A stretch of DNA of 63,936 bases, filler included, from Lenisia limosa (Eukaryota > Protista > Breviatea): the NCBI GenBank assembly GCA_001655205.1. It is 13 parts of 13 records of this genome, joined end to end, with 100 filler letters (N's around TTAATTAATTAA, not from the genome) between each part and the next. Parts side by side here need not be neighbours in the genome. Positions count along the whole stretch, not along the records: positions 9,668 to 14,092 come from LPNZ01003529.1; positions 14,193 to 17,176 come from LPNZ01002611.1; positions 17,277 to 31,061 come from LPNZ01006373.1; 10 more parts are not named here. One strand, given 5' to 3'. The notes below the pieces were generated by a model, which worked only from the letters and a program-made list of their open reading frames with translations, had not been told where the DNA came from and searched no databases. The translations under genes were made by a program, and so were the position numbers. This document shows positions 10,833 through 22,596 of this stretch, in pieces. Each line of letters starts with the position of its first letter. Within the stretch, counting starts at the first letter, position 1.

Positions 10833-12689
10833 GGAACAGATATGACTATTAATATCATAATCTCCGCTGACTTGTTTTTTTTTTGTCTATTTTTTTTCAT
10901 CGTTTCGGTTCTCTGTTTACCCCGTGCCCCATTTTTCTAAAGTCAGTACTTTCTGCTGCTGTTCTGAAATCTCCACAGTGTGTTTAGCCCACCCATAGTC
11001 CTTACGCCCAATATTTATGATGAAAAATAATAATTTAAATTGATATTGACGATGAACAAAAATGATTAATGATATACTGTACATGTACTATACATGTACA
11101 GTGTATGATATGATATACAATGTGTGAATATATCATGTATACATCTATCGTCTTATCCCCCCAGACGGCCACAGAGTCCACGCCACTTACTGAGGCGTTG
11201 AGCGCAGTGGCTGTGGCGACAGACACCCTCTTCTGTCTGTCATCAAGAGGAGTGGGGGGGGGGGNNNNNNNNNNNNNNNNNNNNNNNNNNNNNNNNNNNN
11301 NNNNNNNNNNNNNNNNNNNNNNNNNNNNNNNNNNNNNNNNNNNNNNNNNNNNNNNNNNNNNNNNNNNNNNNNNNNNNNNNNNNNNNNNNNNNNNNNNNNN
11401 NNNNNNNNNNNNNNNNNNNNNNNNNNNNNNNNNNNNNNNNNNNNNNNNNNNNNNNNNNNNNNNNNNNNNNNNNTCATTGGTTTCAGTTTCTTTTCTTTTC
11501 AATTCCAGCTCCTACTGGTTTAATTGTCAGATTTCTCGCCTCTCAAAGCTCATCCTATTGGGTGACAAGTTGATCCATCTCTACTCCAAAACTCTGACAC
11601 AAACAGCCGTATGTGGAATGGTGGATATGGACAATAATAAAGAGCCGTCCACCCTGTCACTGCTCCAAGGGCAATTCACCAATCATATTATTTTGTATTT
11701 TGGAATAGATGAGGGGTGCGAAGAACTAAACTAAGAATTTAAATAGAAGCTAGGAGAGCAGTACACCACAATGCTGATTCTGATATTTCAGGCAATTAAA
11801 AATTAGCTCAGTGCATTGTAGCTATACCCTAATATAGTCTACTGAATTAATCCAAGGGAAGGTTGAATCTAACAACACAGGAGTCTTCATTCCTTGACAC
11901 GTTGTCCAACCCTGCCATTTCCAACGTTTGATGGGTACATATTATTTCCTGCTCTCTCTTTTCCCTCCACCTTTTGTCAATATAAACGCCAAAACTCAAA
12001 AAACTCAAATAAATTCTCAAAACAAGTACTCTTTCCTTTTAATTGTCTCACAGTATTCCAGATTCTCATTGTGGAGATGCTATATCCCATTATATTTTTT
12101 TGTTTTGTTGATTCCCTTCCGTCTCTGTGATAAACACTGACTACACCCAGGAAGACCGTCCTCTCTTGGTTCCCTTTAGCAACATGGATGTTTTCTTTGC
12201 CGACGTAATTAACCGCACAAGCCTCGAAGTAAGGGTTGACTATCGTAATACATATGATTACAATATTCACATTTACGGTTTTGGCCAGATACTCCACTTT
12301 GTTTTTCTTCGCCATCGTAACTCCCACCCCCACTATCTGTATTATTAACCAAAAGAGTTGCCCTTTTTTGTATTACAGTCCCTAATTTTTCAGGTTGAAT
12401 CTACCCATGTCCTTCCAATCGTGAGATAGGTGGTATATGTATGATATACTTTATCAACGATATCCAACATGTACTCTTTGACAAAACTAAGATGTAAATG
12501 CCCAAATGACCTCCACCACCGTGCACAATCATACGCTATTCTGTTCCAGTAATCTAACTCAAAAGGAGGCAGATAATTCGGTTCTTGTTTCCGCTTCCCC
12601 CCAAGGAGACGTGTTCACCATCTTCCGCTCCCCTGTTGTATGAGGGCTTATTGTAAAAAACTGCACTTTTATATTCTGTTTTTGGCAAT

Positions 12690-13500
12690 ATAACCTCTCA
12701 GTTTGACACCTTCGACAGTATCCCAGATTTGGCCTTATGGAGGCCTGTCAGGTCACAGGAGAGTGACGTCAAAGGTTCGTTGCTCTGGATAGACTCCTAC
12801 ACATCATGCACATAACATATCATTTGTACAAGCTGAATATTACATTTATTATGTAACACAGCGCTTATTTATTATCTCTGCAATATATACTAGATCATAT
12901 GTATTTAACATTTCAAGAACCATGCATAACAGTTCGAATCATATGCATTAACATTTCTAAGAATACGGATTACAGCCAACAAATCCAACATGTACATCCA
13001 TACGCTCACCTTTTTGATCAAATGGTTACATACAGTGTGTCCCACAAACAAGGAACATATAGGGAATAACTGAATTTGTTTTTTAAATCCCTCGTCTTTC
13101 TATGCTATTCCTCATCTTTCAGAATCATCAGTACTCGGCATCATGGCCCTCCCAGGGTCGCGTAACTTGACAAGTTTTATGTCTATTTCTGAAGACCATA
13201 TGCTATCAAGCCCTTTGAATGTGTCGTTCAATACCATCAAGATAAAACGAGCGGTTGTGGACGTGAGTATGGTTGCAATAAATTTGATAGTAAACCGTTT
13301 CTTACTTACATCCTCGATAAATCCAAGACAGTTGATATCGTATCTATAAATCGATAAATGTTGATAGGTCTGTCCTCTCTTTCTTTACTATTATAGCACA
13401 TTAAATTCAACCTTGTTCCCTGATTTTCTTCCATATTTTTTCTTTTCCTTCACCATTTTCAGGTAGCACGATTTGACTCACTCAAAGGCATTCTACAAGT
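12690..13500 (-). CDS. Exon fragments of an unidentified gene
   Basis: GT-AG-bounded pieces such as YDINCLGFIED|GTAAGT, THVHNRSFYLD and SLFVGHTVCNHLIKK|GTGAGC; no family recognised. Confidence 0.25.
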
Positions 13501-14092
13501 CGTGGTGGGTGGGGGGAGCGGGTGAGGGCCTTCCGTGATTCCTTTTTCTTTTTCTCTCTTTCCCTCTTTTTCTCTTTTTCTCTTTCTCTCTTTCTCTCTT
13601 TCTCTCTTTCTCTCTTTCTCTCTCACCTCCCCTACGGCCATCTTTTCACTACTTTCTTGTAAGGAGTGGGGGGTTTGCGCAGTATCATCCTCAAGATAGC
13701 CATAAGGATTTAGTTTTCTTTAAAAATAATGATACCCTTCTGTGTTGTCGTATTATTTGTAGTATTAAACATTCGCCTGTAAACATTCTTGCTGGTAGTT
13801 TCCAAACCCCTGTGATATCTAGTGCACTGCCGGAGGAGACATCCACGTACTAGGCTCTAAAGCAATGGAGCTAGGATCCAATATTTTTGAAGAGAATGGT
13901 GAGGGTGATGAGAGAGGAGATAGTCTCTGTTATATGATAGCATATATACAAACTATCATCATATAAACTCTATTAATAATATAAGAAAGGGAAACTGCTG
14001 ATGATTTGGGTGTATTGTCTTTTGATATGATATGTAGTTTGTGCCAGTATTATGAAGAAACGTCCTTTTTGATTGACACAAAATTTTTACTT

Positions 14093-14192
14093 NNNNNNNN
14101 NNNNNNNNNNNNNNNNNNNNNNNNNNNNNNNNNNNNTTAATTAATTAANNNNNNNNNNNNNNNNNNNNNNNNNNNNNNNNNNNNNNNNNNNN
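14093..14192. other. Artificial contig spacer
   Basis: N44-TTAATTAATTAA-N44. Confidence 0.97.
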
Positions 14193-14621
14193 AATTCTCA
14201 TGTCCAATGTCGGCAAGGCTGCAGACTCCTCTCCCCAGGCTTTCAGGGGTAAGCCCTGGTCCTTGATTTTGTGATGGCTTTTTTTAATTTGAGTGTTCAC
14301 GAAACCAAGTCTCTGGCTGTTGTTTTGTCTTTTTTTTAAAGTATGTTCAAGCGTTTTGCCAATGTCGTTGGTTGATTATGTTATTTTATTCAGTATTCTT
14401 TTTTTTTTGTTATTGTTGTTGGGATGCAGTGCTGCAGAAGCGTCTGGCCTGGGCTTTGTTTGTCGGNNNNNNNNNNNNNNNNNNNNNNNNNNNNNNNNNN
14501 NNNNNNNNNNNNNNNNNNNNNNNNNNNNNNNNNNNNNNNNNNNNNNNNNNNNNNNNNNNNNNNNNNNGGCTTTTTTTGTTTCATAAATTTTCCAATTTTT
14601 CTCCCATTTTACTCTTCCCAG

Positions 14622-17058
14622 TCCGGATCCGTGCCATTATCCCGTCAATGGCCATTACGCTTCCGAGCCAAGTCGACTTCGGCCCTCATGCGACCAACAC
14701 CGTTTCGGTGCATAAGTGAGGGGGTTTGGTTTCTTAGCATGATGGTGTGGAAGATACAACCTTGTTTTTTTTTATTTCTCATTGCTATATAAGTGGGGGG
14801 GTCGGTCTGTATAGTGAGCAAAAAATATGTGGATTATTTGTTCTCCAAAACAAGTCCTGTTGAACATTTTCCATGAAATAGCCTATTATTTCCTTGTAAC
14901 CACCAGGCATTCTCAAAGTTCTTTATTGAAACTATACACTAATATATATGGAAATATCATACGCTAAAAAAGCCCGGTATTTCCTCATGCTTTCGTCACC
15001 ACAAGATGCACTCTCAAGAACACTGGAGAAGTTGACGGACTATTCTCGTTCAGTGTCTGCAGCCCCTTCGATGTCACTCCAAATGTGGGTTGTTATTAGG
15101 GGGTATGGGTGGGTTGTATGCAAATGTGTGTGGGCGAGGTCTCATGTGGGGGTGACATACTATATGGGGGTAAATATATGTACTAGTCAGAATGCTATGT
15201 ACATGTATGTACTAGTATATAATTACATGTAGTATACATGTATATACTAGTATATATTGAAATACCAGTAAAATATCGTTTTTGTTTGAACAGAAGTGAA
15301 GCCGATGGTTGGAAACCAGCCCCTCTGTACAGTGTATTGTTTGTGTGTTTCTTCCTTAAATAATTGATACATTTACATATACACAGGCGTCTAGGAAAGT
15401 ACCAATGCTGTTGTACTAGCTATTTCCTTGTTCCTTTCTTATTTTACAGAATGTGTAATATTTGTTTTTTCTTCCTTTAATTAATTGATATATTGCTCTG
15501 AAAGAATAGTCAGAAGTCGGAATGCCAAATTTGTTGCTCTTATTTCTCATCTTCCTTCTCCTATGCTGCTGTTAGCAAATTGATGCATTGACAGTCAAAC
15601 TACATACTATATCAGGTGGAGGTTATCAGAAAAATCAGATTCATTAGTGGTCTAACCTTCAATGATTATTATTTGTATTTTCCTTCCTCGATCAATTGAC
15701 GCATTGACATCCCTGTTCTTAAAGCAACCTATGACCAGCCCAGACCGGAAGTCTTAAAGCCGGACATTCACAAGCCGTTGAGTTCAGATTCTCTCCGAAA
15801 GTGGGGGGGGGGAGGCATTCACCATACTTGTTTTATTTATCTATCTTGGGTGAATTAGTATTATACTATAATCCAATATCTTGTGGACGGCTTCGACCAG
15901 ATAGAATCTGAAATATATTTTTTTTTTTTTTGTTTCTCATTGAATATAGTATACTTTAAGTTAAATTCTCTCTTAATTCAACGCGTAGGTTCTTTAATTG
16001 ACATCCTCCCACCCATTTTCTCAGTTTTGCGAACAGAATTGATTCAGTGTTTTGTGTTTCATAAATTTTCCATATTCACGCCCCCCCCCCCCTAGGAGTC
16101 ATCAACATTCACCTCGAAAGCGGTATGTACCTTCCGAGCCGAAGACGGCAGCAGGGACGTGTCCCATGTCACGTGCACGCTCAAGGCATCCTCTTGCTTG
16201 GCGTTCCTGGCCTTGGCGGCGGATGGACTGGAATGGCTCACCCCGGACACTCACCGTGGGGCCCGGGGGGGGGGGTTCATTACTCTAGTATTATTAAATT
16301 ATTTTGTTCAATATTTTGTTATCCATTTGTATCCGAAACTCACCATTGTAAATTGACCAACAACTTCAGAGAATTCTATTCAATACCGCAGACTACAATA
16401 TATATTCAACACAGTTGCACTTTACCCAGTCCTAGTATTCCCTTACCGTTCCAGTCCTAGCTTCCTCTTACCTTTCCCAGTCCTAGCCTTCCCGGATACG
16501 CATGTTGATACTTCAACAACTCTGACTGTCACTCTGAAAAACCCAACTTTTGTAGGCTTTCGATGATCGATTTAGTGCTTGTTCTTCACTTTCGTTTCCA
16601 AAAGACTGACAAAATATCGATATTTATTGAGGATTTATCGAGAATTCAGTCTTTTTCTGGAACCGAAAGTGAAGCTCTTGTGCTTGTGTTGTATTGTTAA
16701 CTTCTCTTAATTGCCATTCGCCTGTTGTTATTCTTATTTAATCTATCATTTTTTTTTATGATGATTATTTCAGTTGTTCTTATTAAAAAATCTATCAATT
16801 TTTTTAAGGATTATTTTATTTGTTATTCTTATTTGCAGTCATTAGTTTCATAAAATTTTCCAATTTTNNNNNNNNNNNNNNNNNNNNNNNNNNNNNNNNN
16901 NNNNNNNNNNNNNNNNNNNNNNNNNNNNNNNNNNNNNNNNNNNNNNNNNNNNNNNNNNNNNNNNNNATTTGGTACCGCGTAGCTCAGAGCAGCACCCTGT
17001 CTTCAGCTTCACACCCATACACTCCTCTGTACCCGCTAATGGCAGTGTGGATGTAAAG
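14622..17058 (+). CDS. ASH/Hydin-type Ig-repeat protein, CFAP65-like, internal fragment
   Basis: Spliced: ITLPSQVDFGPHATNTVSVHK|CTLKNTGEVDGLFSFSVCSPFDVTPN|TGSLKAGHSQAVEFRFSPK|ESSTFTSKAVCTF...|HPVFSFTPIHSSVPANGSVDVK. This matches the ASH pattern DFG...LxNxG...FxVxPxxGxL...FxP. Confidence 0.65.
16583..16679. mobile_element. hAT-type MITE, left TIR clipped
   Basis: Perfect 8-bp TSD GTGCTTGT at 16575-16582 and 16680-16687. Confidence 0.8.
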
Positions 17059-17176
17059 GTCGGATAATATGGACCCTTCCCCTCATATGCAAACATTACA
17101 AAGAGTTCTGACCCTACTCTCCTTTTAATAGTATATTATACTGCTATACAGTATGTATATGACGACCCCCCCCCCC

Positions 17177-17276
17177 NNNNNNNNNNNNNNNNNNNNNNNN
17201 NNNNNNNNNNNNNNNNNNNNTTAATTAATTAANNNNNNNNNNNNNNNNNNNNNNNNNNNNNNNNNNNNNNNNNNNN
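17177..17276. other. Artificial contig spacer
   Basis: N44-TTAATTAATTAA-N44. Confidence 0.97.
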
Positions 17277-17538
17277 ATTATTGCCACCCTGTGGGAGGAT
17301 GGCATCATGTCATAAATGATATTATGCCTTTACTGGGGTATCTTGGAGCTCTCCTCTCTAAGAACTTCGTTGTATTGTCCGTCATTATTTTATAGAGGTC
17401 TCAGTCATCTTTTCTAACTTTCCAAGGATCAACTCCCACCAGGCCAAAACTATAGAAGTAGGCGTGAGTTTTATAAAGATCTTTTGGGAATCGTTTTCTT
17501 TTGAAGTGTTCACATTTGTTCCGTTTTGACGTTTAGAT

Positions 17539-20263
17539 ATGCCCCCCCAGGGTCCTGCAGACAATGGACCGCCAAGCTACCCAGCTGAGTATCCATCGTA
17601 CCCTGCACAGGAAGACTGGAGAGGGCGTGGCCAGGTTCCACCAAATGAGGTTGGTCCCACATTGAGTTGGTTCATTGTTCTGGCATTGTGGTCAGCTTTC
17701 TCGTTCTCCCACAACGCTAACATTGCACTGCAGTACACCCAACACGGCCAGCAGCCTTATGGATACCCCCCATATGACCGCGTCCAGAAAGTCACTCAGG
17801 TTCGTCTTTATATAACAGAATTGGCTGCGGATGGGTGGCAGAGTTTACCTTATATAATATATCGTATAGAGATGAGTAATAAAACAAAGTATGTCTGGCT
17901 GAAGCCGTCCACACGCTTATGGATTATAGTACAATATTAATTCACCCAATCATTTTTACAACTCTGCACATCGCTTTCTGTGTGCCTCCCCAGAGTTCAC
18001 CTTATAGGACATGGATGACCTGCCCCCTCCAAGTCGTCAGCACCAAGCCAATAGCGTCGACCCGAGCCTCTACGCCTCAAGTGGCGCCCAAATCACCCCA
18101 GGGGGTGGCTCGGTTGGGGGTTTTATTGATGTGTTGGCTAGTTTTCTTGTTATTGTATTGTCCAAGAGAAGGGTCACCAAACTTTGACGTTGTAGGCCTA
18201 TCCCAAAATTGAGGAGAAGCCTTTCTTCGATGCCAGCGAGCCCAAACTTTCAAAGTGAGCCCACTGGCTACTCAATCAGATTCGTAAAGCATACTCCCTG
18301 GCATCAGGCTTATTGCCCAGGTTCCTCTCAAAGAGCCCGCCCGACTACGGCTATGAAGACTCCTATGGAAACTACGGTCAACCTGAACCGAATCGACGGA
18401 ATCAAAGGGATAGAGAGCGTGGCTATCCCCAGATTGAAGATGGCGATGATGGCCAGTTTGACTATGGGTATGTAGGGTTAGCACATTCGTATTTTGTCAA
18501 TATGCCTTTGTTTCCTTCCTTGGCAATTGGAAGCACTACCACTCGATTCCGATGCTTTACCAGCCCAGAATGTACTCTGGAGGCAGTGACTCAGAGAGAC
18601 ACGTCCGATTCCAAAACAAAGAAGGCAAAAACAGAACATCAAAGAAGGTAAATATCATCTCACTTGGAATAGTCTTTTACGTATCAACTCAGAGTTTTTT
18701 TCTTTTTTTTTTTTTTTTTTTTTNNNNNNNNNNNNNNNNNNNNNNNNNNNNNNNNNNNNNNNNNNNNNNNNNNNNNNNNNNNNNNNNNNNNNNNNGGAGA
18801 GTAAGACCGATGCGGAGCTGCAGGTGCTCTACGATTCAAGTGCGGATATTGAAATGCTGAAGCAGATAGAAATCGAGCTTGGTCAAAGATCAAGAAAAGT
18901 AGGGGTGTTAGCATGATAATTTATGATTTTTCGGATTTAAATGAAACAACTTCTTTCACAGCTGACCAAAAAGGCAAGCAGCAGACCCTCAGTTCCTTCC
19001 CCTCCACAACAGGCGTCTGAAGTGACATCATCTTCAGTAACGTATGAAGCGAAACAAGGAGGAATCTTCTCGGGGCCTTTGGTAGGTAGTGACTTGGGTT
19101 TGATTACCAATAGGGTTTCAAACTTACAAGCTTCAATGAAGGTTCAAAGATAACAGCTTCAGATGGGTATGCCAAGAGAGTCACTGGAACAGCTTCTACA
19201 ACGATCAACTGACACCACCCTTTTGGAAGTAAGTGGCATGTTAAAATTGTTTTTGGAGTTTTTGTATTAATAATCGAGACACACCTGCTTTTATTTCACA
19301 ATGACAGGAACACTGTTTATAATACTGTTTTAAAGCCTTACTATAAAGTGCTGACACTTCACCCATATAGGCAATTCCAAAGGAACTCAACAGAAGACGC
19401 AATCTTGGCTTAACGGCTGATCCTGACCCTCACACTATTGCTGGTTTGTAACCAAAAATACAAGCAAATACGTCAAAAATTTGATATATTTCCTATGTTG
19501 TAGTATATATCTGCTATTGTTTTATTGATACAAACAACAGACAAATACAACTATGACACAGTTCATCAATGTATATTTACCTTATAGGAGGGCCGATCCA
19601 TGTCCACCGAGATGATCAGTCCCACAACTTGGCAGATTGGAGTGATAGCAAAATCAACAGGCTTCTGAGTGAGTCGTTTGACATCAACCTTCTCGAGTCG
19701 CTTCAAAAAGAGCAACAAGCTCGACAGGTGGGTAATCAACTTTCCAGATGTTTGTCTTGATGATATTGACGTTATCAAGAAGACAACTGGACCCAGACGT
19801 GAAGACATGATGGACAAGGACAAATGGACGCCTGACGGCACAGCCCCCAAGGTACAGCGGCATATTGTGGCATTGGGGTGGTGATAAGCAGGCATCTTGA
19901 GTGATGTCTACTGCACTCTTGATACTATTGGTGACATGAATTAGAACAACATGAGAGATGAATAGTGGCATCTTTGAATCTTTGAAGTAACTAATGAACA
20001 GTGCACCAAATGTGGCCACGTCTTCCGAGCCATGAGCCGCTCAAGGAAGCACCATTGCAGGCGCTGCGGTGAAGTCTTCTGCCAGAGTGATGTCTTCAAA
20101 GTAAAGGGGATTACCTCATCAACGTGTCGATGGCAACATACATATCATACAACTACCTTTATGACTCACTTACCCCCCCTCCCAGTCACAACTCCTCGGA
20201 TGGCCAACAGTGGAGTACTGTTGTGAAGGCTGTCTGGGCCAGGTGGTTAAGAACTCTAACTAA
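17539..20263 (+). CDS. Pro/Tyr-rich protein with a C-terminal FYVE zinc finger
   Basis: Begins MPPQGPADNGPPSYP; C-terminal exons KWTPDGTAPK|CTKCGHVFRAMSRSRKHHCRRCGEVFCQSDVFK|SQLLGWPTVEYCCEGC...* carry the WxxD and RKHHCRxCG motifs. Joining of the N-terminal exons to the FYVE exons is inferred. Confidence 0.75.
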
Positions 20264-20476
20264 CTCTATTGATCTTGCTTTTCTTGCTTTTCTTCCTTTT
20301 TTGCTATTTAAGTTTTGTTTTGAGCATGCACGTATTATGTAAATAAGTGTTACCGTATTCCTTTGCTGGCCACTGTTATGATTTATTCATTCATCATCAG
20401 ACATTCTTTAATATAAATACAAACCAATGAACAAGCTGAGCTATCTGTATAAACCATCTTAATACCGAAACAAACA

Positions 20477-21917
20477 TTACATGAGGGGGAAAGAGTTCTT
20501 CTCTCTCGCAACAGTGGTCGTAGGACCGTGTCCACAAACAATCTCGGTCCTCGGCGAGAGCTTCATGATTTTCGTTTTGATTGAATGCATGAGGGTGGCA
20601 TGATCACCGCCCCACAGATCTAAAACAATGACAGAGTCAATGTTAGCTTCTTCTTTCAAATACCACTTTTTTTAGGCAGACCTAAGTGTTGCCAGATGAA
20701 AAAAGCTTGGCTAAACAGACTATATATTACAAATAGAGCTTCACTGTGGTTAAAAAAAATAATTACAAATGAGATGATATCATATGGAGTGAGTATTATT
20801 ACTCTTGCTCCCAAAAAAAACTAATATCATATAATATATAAGTACAAGAAAAAAGAAAAAAAAAAGCAAGCAATCCCCCACCTGTTCTGCCAACGCCGCC
20901 TTTGAAAACGGTATCACCTGTCACCAGAAGGTCTTCCCCTGGAATTGTCACAAATGAAAAGTACAAGAGGAAGAAAAGTAGGTTACAACGTCCCCTCCAA
21001 CCACTTTGAGCAGCCTCCTTGAACAGGAGACATGAAGACCCAGGAGAATGGCCGGGAGTGTGGATAACCTACAATCAATGACAATAGACCTAAGAATCGA
21101 GGAGAATGTGTGCGGGAACCAAAACCAGAGTTAACTCCCCAGACCTTGGCACCAAGAGGCAAAACATCACCATCATCGTAAAGAACATCAGGAGCATCCT
21201 GGGCAGTGTGGGGCATACCAAACATTTGACACTGTATTGTCAGTCAGCTCATAAATGAAATCAAGAACCCCCCCCCCCCAAAAAAAAAACCTGCTTGGGA
21301 ANNNNNNNNNNNNNNNNNNNNNNNNNNNNNNNNNNNNNNNNNNNNNNNNNNNNNNNNNNNNNNNNNNNNNNNNNNNNNCCTTGTGGCAGTAGACTGGACA
21401 GTTGTGTTTCTAGTCAAATATAAGAGTTGAGGGAGGAGGGGTATCTGGTCACAGCACTCACAGCAATTCCTTTGAAAAGACTCAACTCTCGGCATATTCA
21501 CGTGGTATGAATTTGATATAAAATGCACTTTACCCTTGATAGCCTACGTCCTTCACCAGTTTTGAGCCACTGATATGCTGAAAAGGTCAAGGACAATTTA
21601 TTTGTTAGTTACAGTCAAGAAGCTAATCAATTATTGAATGGAATAACAAAGCCCAACAAACATCAAGATGACCATGGGTGGCGATAACTGCCTTCACCTT
21701 GTAGCCGGGGAACTTGGCATCAAGCTTCTGCAAAGAAGATAAAAATTGGACTGTCCTCGATGTTGGTTAACAATCAAATGGAGCCGCATACCTTGTTGAT
21801 CGTGTTACCCTCATCTCCAGCATCGATAACTACACACTCCTTCTTTTCCTTATCCGCCACAATGACTGTATTGGCCTGAATGGGGCCGACAGGGAAGAAG
21901 CAGAGGTCAAGAGGCAT
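20477..21917 (-). CDS. MBL-fold metallo-hydrolase, GloC/YcbL (glyoxalase II-like) type
   Basis: Spliced: MPLDLCFFPVGPIQANTVIV...VIDAG...IATHGHLD|HISG...VIHTPGHSPGS...TGDTVFKGGVGRT|DLWGGD...CGHGPTTTVAREK. HxHxDH and the downstream His/Asp ligands are present. Confidence 0.9.
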
Positions 21918-22596
21918 GTTCAAAAGGGCAGAAGTCGAGATAAACCGAACAAAGGAAGCTGAGAGTCTTTGATTAAAGGCAAGCAGCTTATAGTACCGTT
22001 TAGCACGACTAAAGAGCTAAAAGGATGCGTGGGGGGGAACCAGACGATTTAAATATGATTACTTTTGATTAGGTCAATGACGATATTCTTCAAAATTCAA
22101 ACAAGAAGGCAGAAGTTGGAAAGAGAATACCATCACCTCGGTAGTAGATGATAGAAACATTCATAGAAACAGTTAGAAATACATAGGACCTGACTACAGC
22201 CTCCAAGGTGACCGAACAATCGACTCCATGCTGGATTTCTTTGGCGGCGTTCTAGGCGGGTTAGGGATAAGCACTCCAAAAATTATGATGCGACCAGATA
22301 TGTGGTGCTTATCTCTCTTCACTGAGTCAAATTTTCTAATAGTCTTCCACAAAATAGTATATATATGGGGCCATTCAACCAAGGACAATAAAGTAAGTAA
22401 TATTAATATCAAGAGAGTGAGTATTTTATGTATGACCCCCCCCCCCCCNNNNNNNNNNNNNNNNNNNNNNNNNNNNNNNNNNNNNNNNNNNNNNNNNNNN
22501 NNCTCCACCACTTTCTTCTCAGACTTCTTGAGATGGCTTGTCGTCTAAATGAGATAAAAGGCAGGAACCATAATTGTTCAACAGGGCAAGGAAATA

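Noticed and set aside
12925-12950. GTTCGAATC as a tRNA T-arm
   Set aside because: No acceptor, D or anticodon stems can be folded around it; no tRNA, rRNA or snRNA was supportable in the window.
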